From positions 610,386-674,385 of the forward strand of contig JAQUSJ010000001.1 in assembly GCA_028715175.1 (NCBI GenBank): a DNA stretch of 64,000 nt, in the 5' to 3' direction. The first letter of the stretch is position 1. Each line of letters starts with the position of its first letter. The notes beneath the pieces are model-generated. The model saw nothing but the letters and a program-made list of their open reading frames with translations. It was not told the DNA's origin and made no database searches. Below, one piece after another: positions 40,431-48,830 of this stretch. This DNA comes from Candidatus Daviesbacteria bacterium. Its GTDB lineage: Bacteria; Patescibacteriota; Microgenomatia; Daviesbacterales; UBA10151. The position numbers and the translations under genes are program-made.

Positions 40431-41059
40431 TGCACAACAAGCTCCAAATTTACAACCTGTTCGACTATATCTTTAGCTGTACTAGCCTCTACCAGGTTGG
40501 AATCTATAGTAGACCCTTTGTCCTTAAAATCAACAGTCAATGATGTCTTCCCTGAGGCAATTTTAGTTTTAAAATTTATAGTTGCAAATTGTCCTGTACC
40601 TTTAAACACGTTCTGCAAACTGTTAATACCTGAAATAGCAATCAAACCTTTACTCGCATCCACAATCATAGTCGGATATTCCTCAAAAAGACGGCCTTTG
40701 ATTAGTCCTCCGGAAGTAGCCTCAAGAACTTTAGGATCATAATGGATTACGACATCAACTCCGTTTATTGCTTGTGAACCAGTCTCGATATTCACGGCAA
40801 CAGGCACAATTTCATTTATCCGGTATGTGTTTTTGGGAACATTTAATGAAATTGTCCCTACTTTTGATTGTAGTGGAACCTTACCTGCAATCGGGGGAGC
40901 AGGCAATGTTAATACCCGAATTGCATATATTAATTCCGCCAAAAGTATCAATCCTAAAACCAAAAAAATAAATTTGGGAAGAGAAACAAATTTTTTTATT
41001 TGCATTACAGGCTTATTCTCCTGATTATTTTGTTGTACATTTAAATCATCCATATACAT
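40427..41059 (-). CDS. Membrane-anchored protein with a cohesin-like domain
   Basis: It has an N-terminal TM anchor and VDVVIHYDPKVLEA, which resembles the cohesin YDPxVL strand. Confidence 0.45.
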   Translation of the reverse strand: MYMDDLNVQQNNQENKPVMQIKKFVSLPKFIFLVLGLILLAELIYAIRVLTLPAPPIAGKVPLQSKVGTISLNVPKNTYRINEIVPVAVNIETGSQAINGVDVVIHYDPKVLEATSGGLIKGRLFEEYPTMIVDASKGLIAISGINSLQNVFKGTGQFATINFKTKIASGKTSLTVDFKDKGSTIDSNLVEASTAKDIVEQVVNLELVVQ

Positions 41060-41093
41060 ATATTTTGTACTACAATTACCGAACTTTTACCAG

Positions 41094-43415
41094 TCACAGC
41101 GGTGAAAGGCTTGAGCTAGAAGTTGCAGTTGGGTTTGGACTTGGACTTGTGACAAAAGACGAAATTGTTGGTTCCGGATCATCCACTTGACCGAAATCAT
41201 ATCTCATGCAAGCCCAATCAATAGAATTAACCCTACAATCTCTATTGAAATCTCCGGGTCTATCACAGCTGTCTTCAGCAATGATAAACTCGCGGATTAA
41301 CTGCGCATGATCAAAAGGATTTATTGCACCGTCACGGACGTCTAATGGGAAAATGTCGCCAATAGGCAAAATGAAATTGGGGATGCTGACTATGCCGTCG
41401 CCGGCTGTAAATCGGGCAATCCTCCGCAACGATTTCGGCGCCTTAAGTGACACAATATATCTCTTACCGACTTCCAGTTTTTGAGTCAATCCCTGAACAA
41501 CTCCATCTTTATCGATCTTTACTGTTTGCCGTGTCTTTTTTCCTGTTTCATCCACCAGAACCATATCTACATTCTCTGTATCATGAGAAGCCGGCGCCCT
41601 GCAAAAAACCTTGGCTCCTAAGGCAAGCTGTGAAATAGCACCGCACTGTCCGGTTCCTGTTTGTTCGTCTGTATTTGTGAAAGTTATTGGCAAAACTTGT
41701 CCTGTTTGCGCATTCTGCAAAACCGCCTGAATGCTATTATCGCTCCATGACTTTATTTCCAAATTAGTATCACCGCTTTTTACTGTACCCTTTTCTGATC
41801 CAAAATTTTGCCCCGTTAAATTCAGGATGGTCTTGCTGTCTTCAAAACTCAAAGAACAACTGGTCATGGTCGGACCAGACCCAAGCAGTTCAATTTGGGC
41901 TTGACACTTCGGACAATCGGCTGCAGTGGTTACCTTATTGGTAGAATCCATAAATTGCACAAAGATAAACTTCTGCCCTGGTGTTACATCCTTGAAAGTA
42001 TAATCAAGCGGGTTTGATGCAACAGCAATTGTATAATCCCGCCATGGAGCGCTAGCTAAATCAGTCGGATTTTCCGCAATCCTAAATTGCTTAGTATAAG
42101 CAGGAGCAGGAGCTGAACTGGAAGCAGGAGAAGAGGCGGGAGAGGAAGAAGGCGAAGTAGCAGACGTTCCTCCACAGCTTGAAGCGCACTGACCCGTTTT
42201 CACACCTTGACAGCCGCTTGGATCAATCTGGCACCAATTTTTAACAACATTTGCCTGGTTACCACAGCTTGTATCCCATCCATTGCTTTCATAAAAAGGT
42301 AAAATATCTGTTCTTTTTAGCAAAACACATTCACTGCATGCATCCAGCCCTTGGCATCCGGCAGGCCCGCCACTACCTTCTCCCGAAGCACAACTTGCTT
42401 CTGATCCCGTTCCAATGTATCTAAGTTGCATACATTTATTGTTGTTGGTAGAAATACCGTCTGTATCTTTGAATTCATAACACCAAGCACTGGTGTCAGG
42501 ATTGATAAAATTTGGCTGGTCTGTATTCGGCGGGCAATCTTTGTTGGGATCAGCAAAGTTTTTTGTAGGACATGAAGAATTACAATCTGCAACATATTGA
42601 TGTAGTCTGTCGCATACACCTGGACTATTAATCCCCAGTTCGCTTGGTTTAAAAGTTGCTTTGCACACTATAGTACCCTTACTTGTGCCACCGCTTGTAC
42701 CACTACCACTACAAGGCTCCGCACAACCCTTGTCGTTATCACAGTAGTTTTGACCACCGAAGTTGCAGGCATAGTGTTCATATGCAGTACATGTTTTCCC
42801 ATCTTTAGTGCAGGTTCCTGCTGCACTGCCAGGATTACATGCATGGTAACCCGCAGCTATACAGTAGTTATCTGTTCCACCACCTCCACCGCTACTGCCA
42901 GTACATGGTGAATCACAGTTTGAATGATCGCAATAATTCTGCCCCCCAAAGTTACATTGGTAGGCTTCATATGCTGTACATGATTGTCCGTCTTTTGAAC
43001 AGCTGCCCGCAACACTACCTACATTACATGCATGGAAACCAGCAGCAATACAGTAATTATCTTCAGCATAAGCGGTTTTCACCAAGCCTTTGGGCAAAAA
43101 ACTTAACGGTGAATCTTTTGACTTCACAGTTTGAATAGAAGATTGTGCCGGGCCCAGCGGGGAAGTAAGCTGAACTTGAATCTGGGGCTTGGTGGCAACC
43201 CAGGTACCATCACTCTTTTTACTAACATTTGAACCTGTAAATACAATTGGATCTACAGCAGCGCGGGATTTAATAATTTGCTGCGTCCTGACAAGATTAA
43301 CACCCAATGGAATACCCAGAATAAGTATACCTAAAACAAGTAGACTAACAAGATTTTTTTTATTACGAAACAAGTTTCCTGTTTCGTTTTTGAAGTAATC
43401 TAAAATTGCTCCCAT
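41094..43415 (-). CDS. Large cysteine-rich surface protein with tandem Cys-rich modules, a shared ~60-aa Cys domain and a dockerin-like C-terminal segment
   Basis: It has an N-terminal TM/signal anchor. A duplicated ~55-aa module reads NYCIAAG(F/Y)HACN...C(S/T)KDG(Q/K)(S/T)CTAYE.Y.CNFGGQNYCD. The domain ...CSECVLL...FYESNGWDTSCGNQANVVKNWCQ...C...KTGQCASSCGG is also found twice in the 58465..61677 protein. The C-terminus DVRDGAINPFDHAQLIREF...DFNRDCRVNSIDWACMRYDF resembles dockerin Ca-binding repeats. Confidence 0.5.
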   Translation of the reverse strand: MGAILDYFKNETGNLFRNKKNLVSLLVLGILILGIPLGVNLVRTQQIIKSRAAVDPIVFTGSNVSKKSDGTWVATKPQIQVQLTSPLGPAQSSIQTVKSKDSPLSFLPKGLVKTAYAEDNYCIAAGFHACNVGSVAGSCSKDGQSCTAYEAYQCNFGGQNYCDHSNCDSPCTGSSGGGGGTDNYCIAAGYHACNPGSAAGTCTKDGKTCTAYEHYACNFGGQNYCDNDKGCAEPCSGSGTSGGTSKGTIVCKATFKPSELGINSPGVCDRLHQYVADCNSSCPTKNFADPNKDCPPNTDQPNFINPDTSAWCYEFKDTDGISTNNNKCMQLRYIGTGSEASCASGEGSGGPAGCQGLDACSECVLLKRTDILPFYESNGWDTSCGNQANVVKNWCQIDPSGCQGVKTGQCASSCGGTSATSPSSSPASSPASSSAPAPAYTKQFRIAENPTDLASAPWRDYTIAVASNPLDYTFKDVTPGQKFIFVQFMDSTNKVTTAADCPKCQAQIELLGSGPTMTSCSLSFEDSKTILNLTGQNFGSEKGTVKSGDTNLEIKSWSDNSIQAVLQNAQTGQVLPITFTNTDEQTGTGQCGAISQLALGAKVFCRAPASHDTENVDMVLVDETGKKTRQTVKIDKDGVVQGLTQKLEVGKRYIVSLKAPKSLRRIARFTAGDGIVSIPNFILPIGDIFPLDVRDGAINPFDHAQLIREFIIAEDSCDRPGDFNRDCRVNSIDWACMRYDFGQVDDPEPTISSFVTSPSPNPTATSSSSLSPL

Positions 43416-43576
43416 TTGTAGAATGTAAACCTTACTTTAATAGTGAACCAAATCATATAACTTTGTCAACTACGTCATGTTAACTGAACGTAGTCAACCC
43501 CTTGCAAACTGTTAAGGTGAATCTAAAAAGATACATATAAACGAAATCTCAAATGATACAAATTAATGTGTTATCA

Positions 43577-43644
43577 TGTCATTCTGGCTTGTCCAGAATC
43601 GCTTTTAATAGATTCTGGAGTCGTTTCACTCCCCAGAATGACAG
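43577..43644. repeat. Palindromic element bounded by TGTCATTCTGG ... CCAGAATGACA
   Basis: The sequence is tgtcattctggcttgtccagaatcgc...ttctggagtcgtttcactccccagaatgaca. It lies between the Cys-rich protein gene and the tyrosine recombinase gene. Confidence 0.7.
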
Positions 43645-43693
43645 TCTTCCTAAAACTATATCAATTGAGATTTCCGATTACAAAGCAGGCTTT

Positions 43694-44704
43694 CTATTTT
43701 TCAGGTCTTTCAGCCAGGGGATGATACCGTCTATGTGAATCTTCGGCAAACCGGTCAGAAGCATTAACATATCTGGTAGTAGTATTTAATGACTCGTGTC
43801 CCAAAAGCATCTGGATGGCCACGGGAGAAGCGCCTTCTTCCGCCAAATATGTAGCAAAACCATGACGCAAAGAATGGGCGCTTGTTGGAACAATAATACC
43901 AAGTTTTTCGCGATAACTTTTGATTTTAGCTTGTAAATAATTCGGAGATATTCGACAATCTCTTTGGCCCATTCTTTTGCCTTTCTGGGGAACAAAAAGC
44001 GCCGGAAGAGCATCTTTCCTAAGTTTTAAATAGTTATCTATATAAAATTTGGCCCGTTCGGTCAAATACACAAACCGCTCTTTTTTACCTTTACCGATAA
44101 TAAAAATTCTACCGGATGAATCAATATCGCGACGGTTCAAAGACAAAAGCTCCGATATTCTCATCCCTGTTGCAAACAGTACTTCTAACATGGCTCGGTT
44201 TCGTGTAGCTACTACAGAATTTTTTTCGAAAGTTGAAGGTGACTCAATTAATGATATTAATTCGTTGAGCTCCGCTACTTTATAATGCTTTTTCTCTTTA
44301 CGAACCATCCTTACGCTTTCTGGAACAACAGGTATTTTATAGTCCTGAAAAATTAGAAATTTTAAATAACTCCTAAAAGATGACAGTATCCTATTGATCG
44401 AGCCGCTCTGCAATTTTAAAGAAGTTTCCTGTTCCGAAATAGCGGTTTTACGGTCTGTCGATAAAAGGTATGCTTTATAGCGTTCCACATCTGCTTTAGT
44501 TATTTGTTCAAATTCTTTTTGTATTTCATGTTCCAAAAAATAGGTGAGTGTAAGCAAATCACGTTCATAGTTATACATTGTCTCTTGAGAGTAGTTATCG
44601 GTTTGCAGATGTAATAAAAACTCATCAAATAGCGGCAAGGAAATTTTCTTTTTTGTTTCAATAGACGAGCTTAACATAATGAGTGTTTGAATGATTATAC
44701 TCAT
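43694..44704 (-). CDS. Tyrosine recombinase / phage-integrase family protein
   Basis: The C-terminal catalytic region AHSLRHGFATYL...LLGHESLNTTTRY (HxxR...Y) and a long N-terminal SAM-like domain are present. It is flanked by TGTCAT-bounded palindromic elements. Confidence 0.75.
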   Translation of the reverse strand: MSIIIQTLIMLSSSIETKKKISLPLFDEFLLHLQTDNYSQETMYNYERDLLTLTYFLEHEIQKEFEQITKADVERYKAYLLSTDRKTAISEQETSLKLQSGSINRILSSFRSYLKFLIFQDYKIPVVPESVRMVRKEKKHYKVAELNELISLIESPSTFEKNSVVATRNRAMLEVLFATGMRISELLSLNRRDIDSSGRIFIIGKGKKERFVYLTERAKFYIDNYLKLRKDALPALFVPQKGKRMGQRDCRISPNYLQAKIKSYREKLGIIVPTSAHSLRHGFATYLAEEGASPVAIQMLLGHESLNTTTRYVNASDRFAEDSHRRYHPLAERPEK

Positions 44705-44771
44705 AATACCAAGGCTAAATAGGTCTTGTCAAGCATTAAAGTAGCATTAATTCAGTTTTCTCCAGCGAATT

Positions 44772-44879
44772 TGTCATTCTGATCCGGCTTTGCCGGAGAA
44801 GAATATAACTGAAAGTATAGATCCTTGCGTCACCGCTAAAGCTATGGCGGCACGCGGTCGCTAGTCGCTCAGGATGACA
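44772..44879. repeat. GC-rich element bounded by TGTCATTCTGA ... TCAGGATGACA, with internal hairpins
   Basis: The sequence is tgtcattctgatccggctttgccggag...cgctcaggatgaca. Its local GC content is much higher than that of the surrounding sequence. Confidence 0.6.
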
Positions 44880-45599
44880 GTATGTGCTGGATTCACGCAA
44901 ATGAGGCTAGCCAGGCACGAGGCCCGTAAATGGCCCAAAAACGGCTTTTCAGGGGATAAGACGTAGGATAGATCATCAAGGGTTTAGGTTGTTAGAAAAA
45001 CCTAAACAAATTATTGGTAATCTTTATTTATAGACGAAAAATTAACAAGAAATTTGGACGGGAATTACCATAATTTAAGTACATGAAATTTTTCCTTATT
45101 TTTGTACTCTTGCCGATTAAATGCCGTACCTGTGGGTAATTAAACCACTTCTCCGTTTTTTACTGTTTCACATATTGTACGACATCAAAATATAGGGAAG
45201 TTTGTATAACCTTTCTCGCAAGGAGGAGTATACAGAAACAGTATCTAAATAAACACACCTGTTTCTGCTAGAAACATCTAATTAAGGTTGCATAAAGACA
45301 GAGAGAAGCACCTCTCTTCTCCAGGGAGCTTCGTTAGGTTTCGGGAAACCTACGTCCGGTATTATTTAGCACTTATCCACAAAGTATGCCATTGTTAGGC
45401 TCAATAGATCCTATAGCAAAACGTCTTCGTGCTTAGTCGCTATATCAAACCATATCAACTATTCTTTTCACGAAATTTACTCTAATTTTTCACACTTCGA
45501 CTCTCCGGCTACGCCGGATCGCTCAGTGTAAACTCTCTCACTTCCCTACTTTAGCTTATTCTGTCAATATAATTTTGAACTTTTAACTTTGAATTATAT

Positions 45600-46382
45600 T
45601 TATCCGCTCCATGATGTTGTAAAAAAACTAACCAAAAGTACAATTGCCCCTATAATCAAGTACTCCCGCATCATTCTCCTAGTCATCTTACCCCTTAAGT
45701 ACTGAGTAGTTAAACCTAAAAGAATATACATGGCGGAAGATAAAGACAGCGACCAAATTGTTGTCGGAGACGGCCAAAATGAGAAACTTAAGGCCAACTC
45801 TCCCAGGATTAAACTTAAGACAAAACTCTGTATAATAATTGCTACCGAAACCGTATCCTCCATTTTAAAAGTCCAAAGCACTTGTAGAATTAATAAAAAA
45901 CTTACTGCCATGACCGCTACCCCATTCCACAGAAAAAATAAATTAAAAGCGGAAATTACATGGTATATAAAAAAAGCTGAAAGAAGCGTAAAAAGGAAAC
46001 TCGCCGTTGATGCTGCCCTGTATAAAGGAATCGTCCGCAAAGATGCCACATTAAATACATTCTGCGCCAAAAGCAACAGATAGAAAGTCAGGCCAAATAT
46101 AAAAGCTACCGGCAGCCTCGTTAGCCAGCGCACAGGTAAAAGAAAATAAAAGCTTGCGACAGCCACTGTAAAAAAGGTCGGTAAAATCAAAAGCATAAAT
46201 GCTTTGGTTACATTTAAACCCTCCCAAAGAGACCAGAAGGAAAGAATATATGCGAAAACCGCAAGCCCTCCCAAAAATCTAAACCTCAGATTAAAATCAA
46301 CCAATTGCGTTGAAAGTAATCCTATAGTTAATAAAAATGAGCTGATAACTATTTTTTGCCGTTTGTTTAGGTTTAGTTTCAT
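45600..46382 (-). CDS. Polytopic membrane protein, hypothetical
   Basis: The 260-aa protein has about 7 hydrophobic helices. No family was recognised. Confidence 0.5.
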   Translation of the reverse strand: MKLNLNKRQKIVISSFLLTIGLLSTQLVDFNLRFRFLGGLAVFAYILSFWSLWEGLNVTKAFMLLILPTFFTVAVASFYFLLPVRWLTRLPVAFIFGLTFYLLLLAQNVFNVASLRTIPLYRAASTASFLFTLLSAFFIYHVISAFNLFFLWNGVAVMAVSFLLILQVLWTFKMEDTVSVAIIIQSFVLSLILGELALSFSFWPSPTTIWSLSLSSAMYILLGLTTQYLRGKMTRRMMREYLIIGAIVLLVSFFTTSWSG

Positions 46383-46468
46383 ATTCCCCTCTCTATTGGC
46401 TATCCGGATTCTCCTATCGAGATCCTTCGTCGCTGTTTCGCCCCTCAGGATGGTTGCTCGTTACCTCG

Positions 46469-47002
46469 TTACTTCGCAACCAATTTCAAAACATGACAGA
46501 TAGCAATTGCCAGCGCATCTGTGGCATCATCCAGGTGTCCACCTTTCCAATTTACTTTAAGCTTATTCCGTTTTCTGCCGGAGGTTCCCAGGAACTTCCT
46601 TACCCCATCATGGACTTGATTTTTATCAGCTCTGCCTGACCCGGCAACCAAAAGTTTCACCTGCAAACCCGTATAATCTTGAAACGGAATGTTATGCTGA
46701 GAAGCTGTTAACATAATCACTCCCCTCGCCTGTCCTACCATAATGGCAGTTCTGGTATTGGCCCCGAAAAATAACATCTCGCAAATCATCTGGTCCGGCT
46801 GATATTTTTTTATAACCGAGGTTAGTTCGCTGTGTATCATATGCAAGCGATCCTGCATTAGTTTATCTTTGGGCGTGCTGATATTTCCATAAGCTATCAA
46901 TTCTATATTGTAGTTAAATTCCCGACTTAATATGTCATCCGGTATTTTTATGACTCCATAACCAGTGGTAGCTGTTCCAGGATCAATTCCTAAAATAATC
47001 AT
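46469..47002 (-). CDS. ruvC: Crossover junction endodeoxyribonuclease RuvC
   Basis: The N-terminus MIILGIDPGTATTGYGVI, the size and the acidic catalytic residues fit RuvC. Confidence 0.85.
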   Translation of the reverse strand: MIILGIDPGTATTGYGVIKIPDDILSREFNYNIELIAYGNISTPKDKLMQDRLHMIHSELTSVIKKYQPDQMICEMLFFGANTRTAIMVGQARGVIMLTASQHNIPFQDYTGLQVKLLVAGSGRADKNQVHDGVRKFLGTSGRKRNKLKVNWKGGHLDDATDALAIAICHVLKLVAK

Positions 47003-47003
47003 A

Positions 47004-47090
47004 GTCGTCAGTATCGCTTCGCTCTCAGTCTTCAGCTTTCAGACTTGTTTTGTCTGACGACTGATGACTGATAGCTGATAGCTATTCTTG
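47004..47090. repeat. NNNTCAG-heptamer palindromic element filling the yebC-ruvC intergenic region
   Basis: The sequence is gtcgtcagtatcgcttcgctctcagtcttcagctttcagac-ttgtttt-gtctgacgactgatgactgatagctgatagct, an inverted repeat around a ttgtttt loop. Confidence 0.85.
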
Positions 47091-47840
47091 TTCTATCTCA
47101 AAATTAGCATACACCTTTTGTACATCATCTAAGTCCTCCAGCTTCCCTATAAAATCCAAAACTTTTTTGGCTGTTTCCGGATCATTTATTGAAACTAAAG
47201 TATTTGGTTTAAAGACTAGCTCCTGTGACTCTACTGTGTATCCTGCCTGAGTAATTTTATTACCCATAGTATTTAATTCTGGGCTCTCTGTATATACTAA
47301 ATACATTTGTCCGCCAGCTGGCGGATTATCTTCAATATAGTCTTCAACGTCTTTCGCGCCAAGATCTATCAGTTCCAGCATTTCTTCCTCTGCGTTACCA
47401 CCTTTACTCCTTACTCTAATTTCTCCCACCCTGCCAAACATATATGCTACACTTCCCTGTCCGGCCAAACTTCCCCCACTTCTTTCAAAAATATTTTTAA
47501 TTTCCTGTAAAGTTCGCAGTTTATTATCAGTTACCCCTTCTATCAAAAATGCCACTTTACCAGGCCCAAAACCTTCATAAACCACTTCTTCCAGAGTTTG
47601 ACCGGGTAATTTGCCTAATCCCCTGTCAATGGCCCGCTGCACATTTTCCTTGGGCATATTTACGCTTTTTGCCTCCTCCATTACCACTCTCAATCTTGGA
47701 TTGGATTCCGGATCACCGGATCCTCCCATTTTCACAGCAATGGTAATGGCATTTGCAAGCTTGGTAAAGGTTTGTCCTCGTTTGATATCTGCTACCCCTT
47801 TTTGCCGCTTGATTGTACTCCACTTGCTATGTCCTGACAT
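47082..47840 (-). CDS. yebC: YebC/PmpR-family transcriptional regulator
   Basis: The N-terminus MSGHSKWSTIKRQKG is a highly conserved YebC signature. Confidence 0.85.
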   Translation of the reverse strand: MSGHSKWSTIKRQKGVADIKRGQTFTKLANAITIAVKMGGSGDPESNPRLRVVMEEAKSVNMPKENVQRAIDRGLGKLPGQTLEEVVYEGFGPGKVAFLIEGVTDNKLRTLQEIKNIFERSGGSLAGQGSVAYMFGRVGEIRVRSKGGNAEEEMLELIDLGAKDVEDYIEDNPPAGGQMYLVYTESPELNTMGNKITQAGYTVESQELVFKPNTLVSINDPETAKKVLDFIGKLEDLDDVQKVYANFEIEQE

Positions 47841-47885
47841 AACTAATAGATATTAACGTTTGGGGTTCAATTTTGCAATACAAAT

Positions 47886-48350
47886 GTGGTATACTTTGCC
47901 TCCATGACTGAACCTGATAGAACGATCATAGATCCTGTTGTAAGGCTTATGGCATATGGTGCACCAGAGGGACGTATCAGAGCCTGTATAGAATACTTGC
48001 CACAAGTAACCACCCCAGACGAACTTGATGAACTGTTGGGAAAATTAGGTACAACCATTGACTGGGCGCAACTTTTAATGTTCGTCTTTATACCTATCTA
48101 TCAACACGAGCCACCCATTCAAAAACAGGCACAAGAAGCATTACATGGAATGGGTATTCCTAATGCCATAGTTGATGAATATTTGGGCGGGTTCGGCACT
48201 CATCCTTATCTAATGCTCAGGCTCAAGTATGGGGATTCATACCCCGAAGAGGTGTGTGAACCTTTCATTAATGCTGCTGCACAAGTAGTTCTCAATACTG
48301 TAAAATCCTATCTTGGTTTGATGCCAAAAGAACCGCAACCTGGTCCCTAA
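47886..48350 (+). CDS. Hypothetical protein
   Basis: A 154-aa ORF with slightly GC-richer codon use than its neighbours and no recognisable motifs. Its start may be the internal MTEPDR ATG. Confidence 0.35.
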   Translation: MVYFASMTEPDRTIIDPVVRLMAYGAPEGRIRACIEYLPQVTTPDELDELLGKLGTTIDWAQLLMFVFIPIYQHEPPIQKQAQEALHGMGIPNAIVDEYLGGFGTHPYLMLRLKYGDSYPEEVCEPFINAAAQVVLNTVKSYLGLMPKEPQPGP

Positions 48351-48354
48351 ATTG

Positions 48355-48727
48355 CTGTCATTCCTGCGAATGCAGGAATCTAATTAACAGAATAATTTAA
48401 TGTCATAATAGGACCATGTATTATGTTTATATTTTAACTACTGGCAGAAATGGTACTTTGTATGTTGGAGTCACTGATAATTTAGTCACAAGAGTTTATC
48501 AACATAAAAATAATCTAATAAAAGGGTTTACTCAAAAATATAATATTCATAATCTCGTCTACTTTGAACAACACCAGGATATTAATGAGGCTATATTAAG
48601 AGAAAAACAAATCAAGAAATGGAAAAGGTTTTGGAAGATAAAGTTGATTAATAAGATGAACCCGAAGTGGAAGGATTTATTTAACTCTATTGCCTAATTG
48701 GATCCCCGCCTGCGCGGGGATGACAGA
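48355..48727 (+). mobile_element. Mini-element bounded by imperfect inverted repeats (ctgtcattcctgcgaatgcaggaatc ... ggatccccgcctgcgcggggatgacag) and carrying a GIY-YIG nuclease gene
   Basis: There are terminal hairpins on both sides. The ends, TGTCAT(T/C)CC, are shared with the elements at 43577 and 44772. Confidence 0.5.
48416..48697 (+). CDS. GIY-YIG nuclease family protein (YhbQ/UPF0213-like)
   Basis: It has the N-terminal YYVYIL...GxLYVGVTDNLVTRVYQH (the GIY...YIG motif) and a size of 93 aa. Confidence 0.7.
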   Translation: MYYVYILTTGRNGTLYVGVTDNLVTRVYQHKNNLIKGFTQKYNIHNLVYFEQHQDINEAILREKQIKKWKRFWKIKLINKMNPKWKDLFNSIA

Positions 48728-48830
48728 AGAAACAAAAACAATAAAAAAAGAAACAAAGATAATAACAGGATCAAACAAAACACGAAACGTTGACAACCTG
48801 TCTGCTTTCTATCTATACTTCATCACTTAG

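Noticed and set aside
43553-43738. 61-aa ORF between the Cys-rich protein gene and the recombinase
   Set aside because: It lies entirely within the TGTCAT-bounded palindromic element and the 3' end of the recombinase gene, and no RBS is present. I judge it spurious.
44705-45599. tRNA or tmRNA in the long ORF-free gap next to the integrase-like gene
   Set aside because: I searched both strands for the T-arm consensus (GGTTCGAnTCC) plus acceptor pairing and for a tmRNA tag-peptide reading frame, and found none. cttcgactctccggctacgccgg is not tRNA-like.
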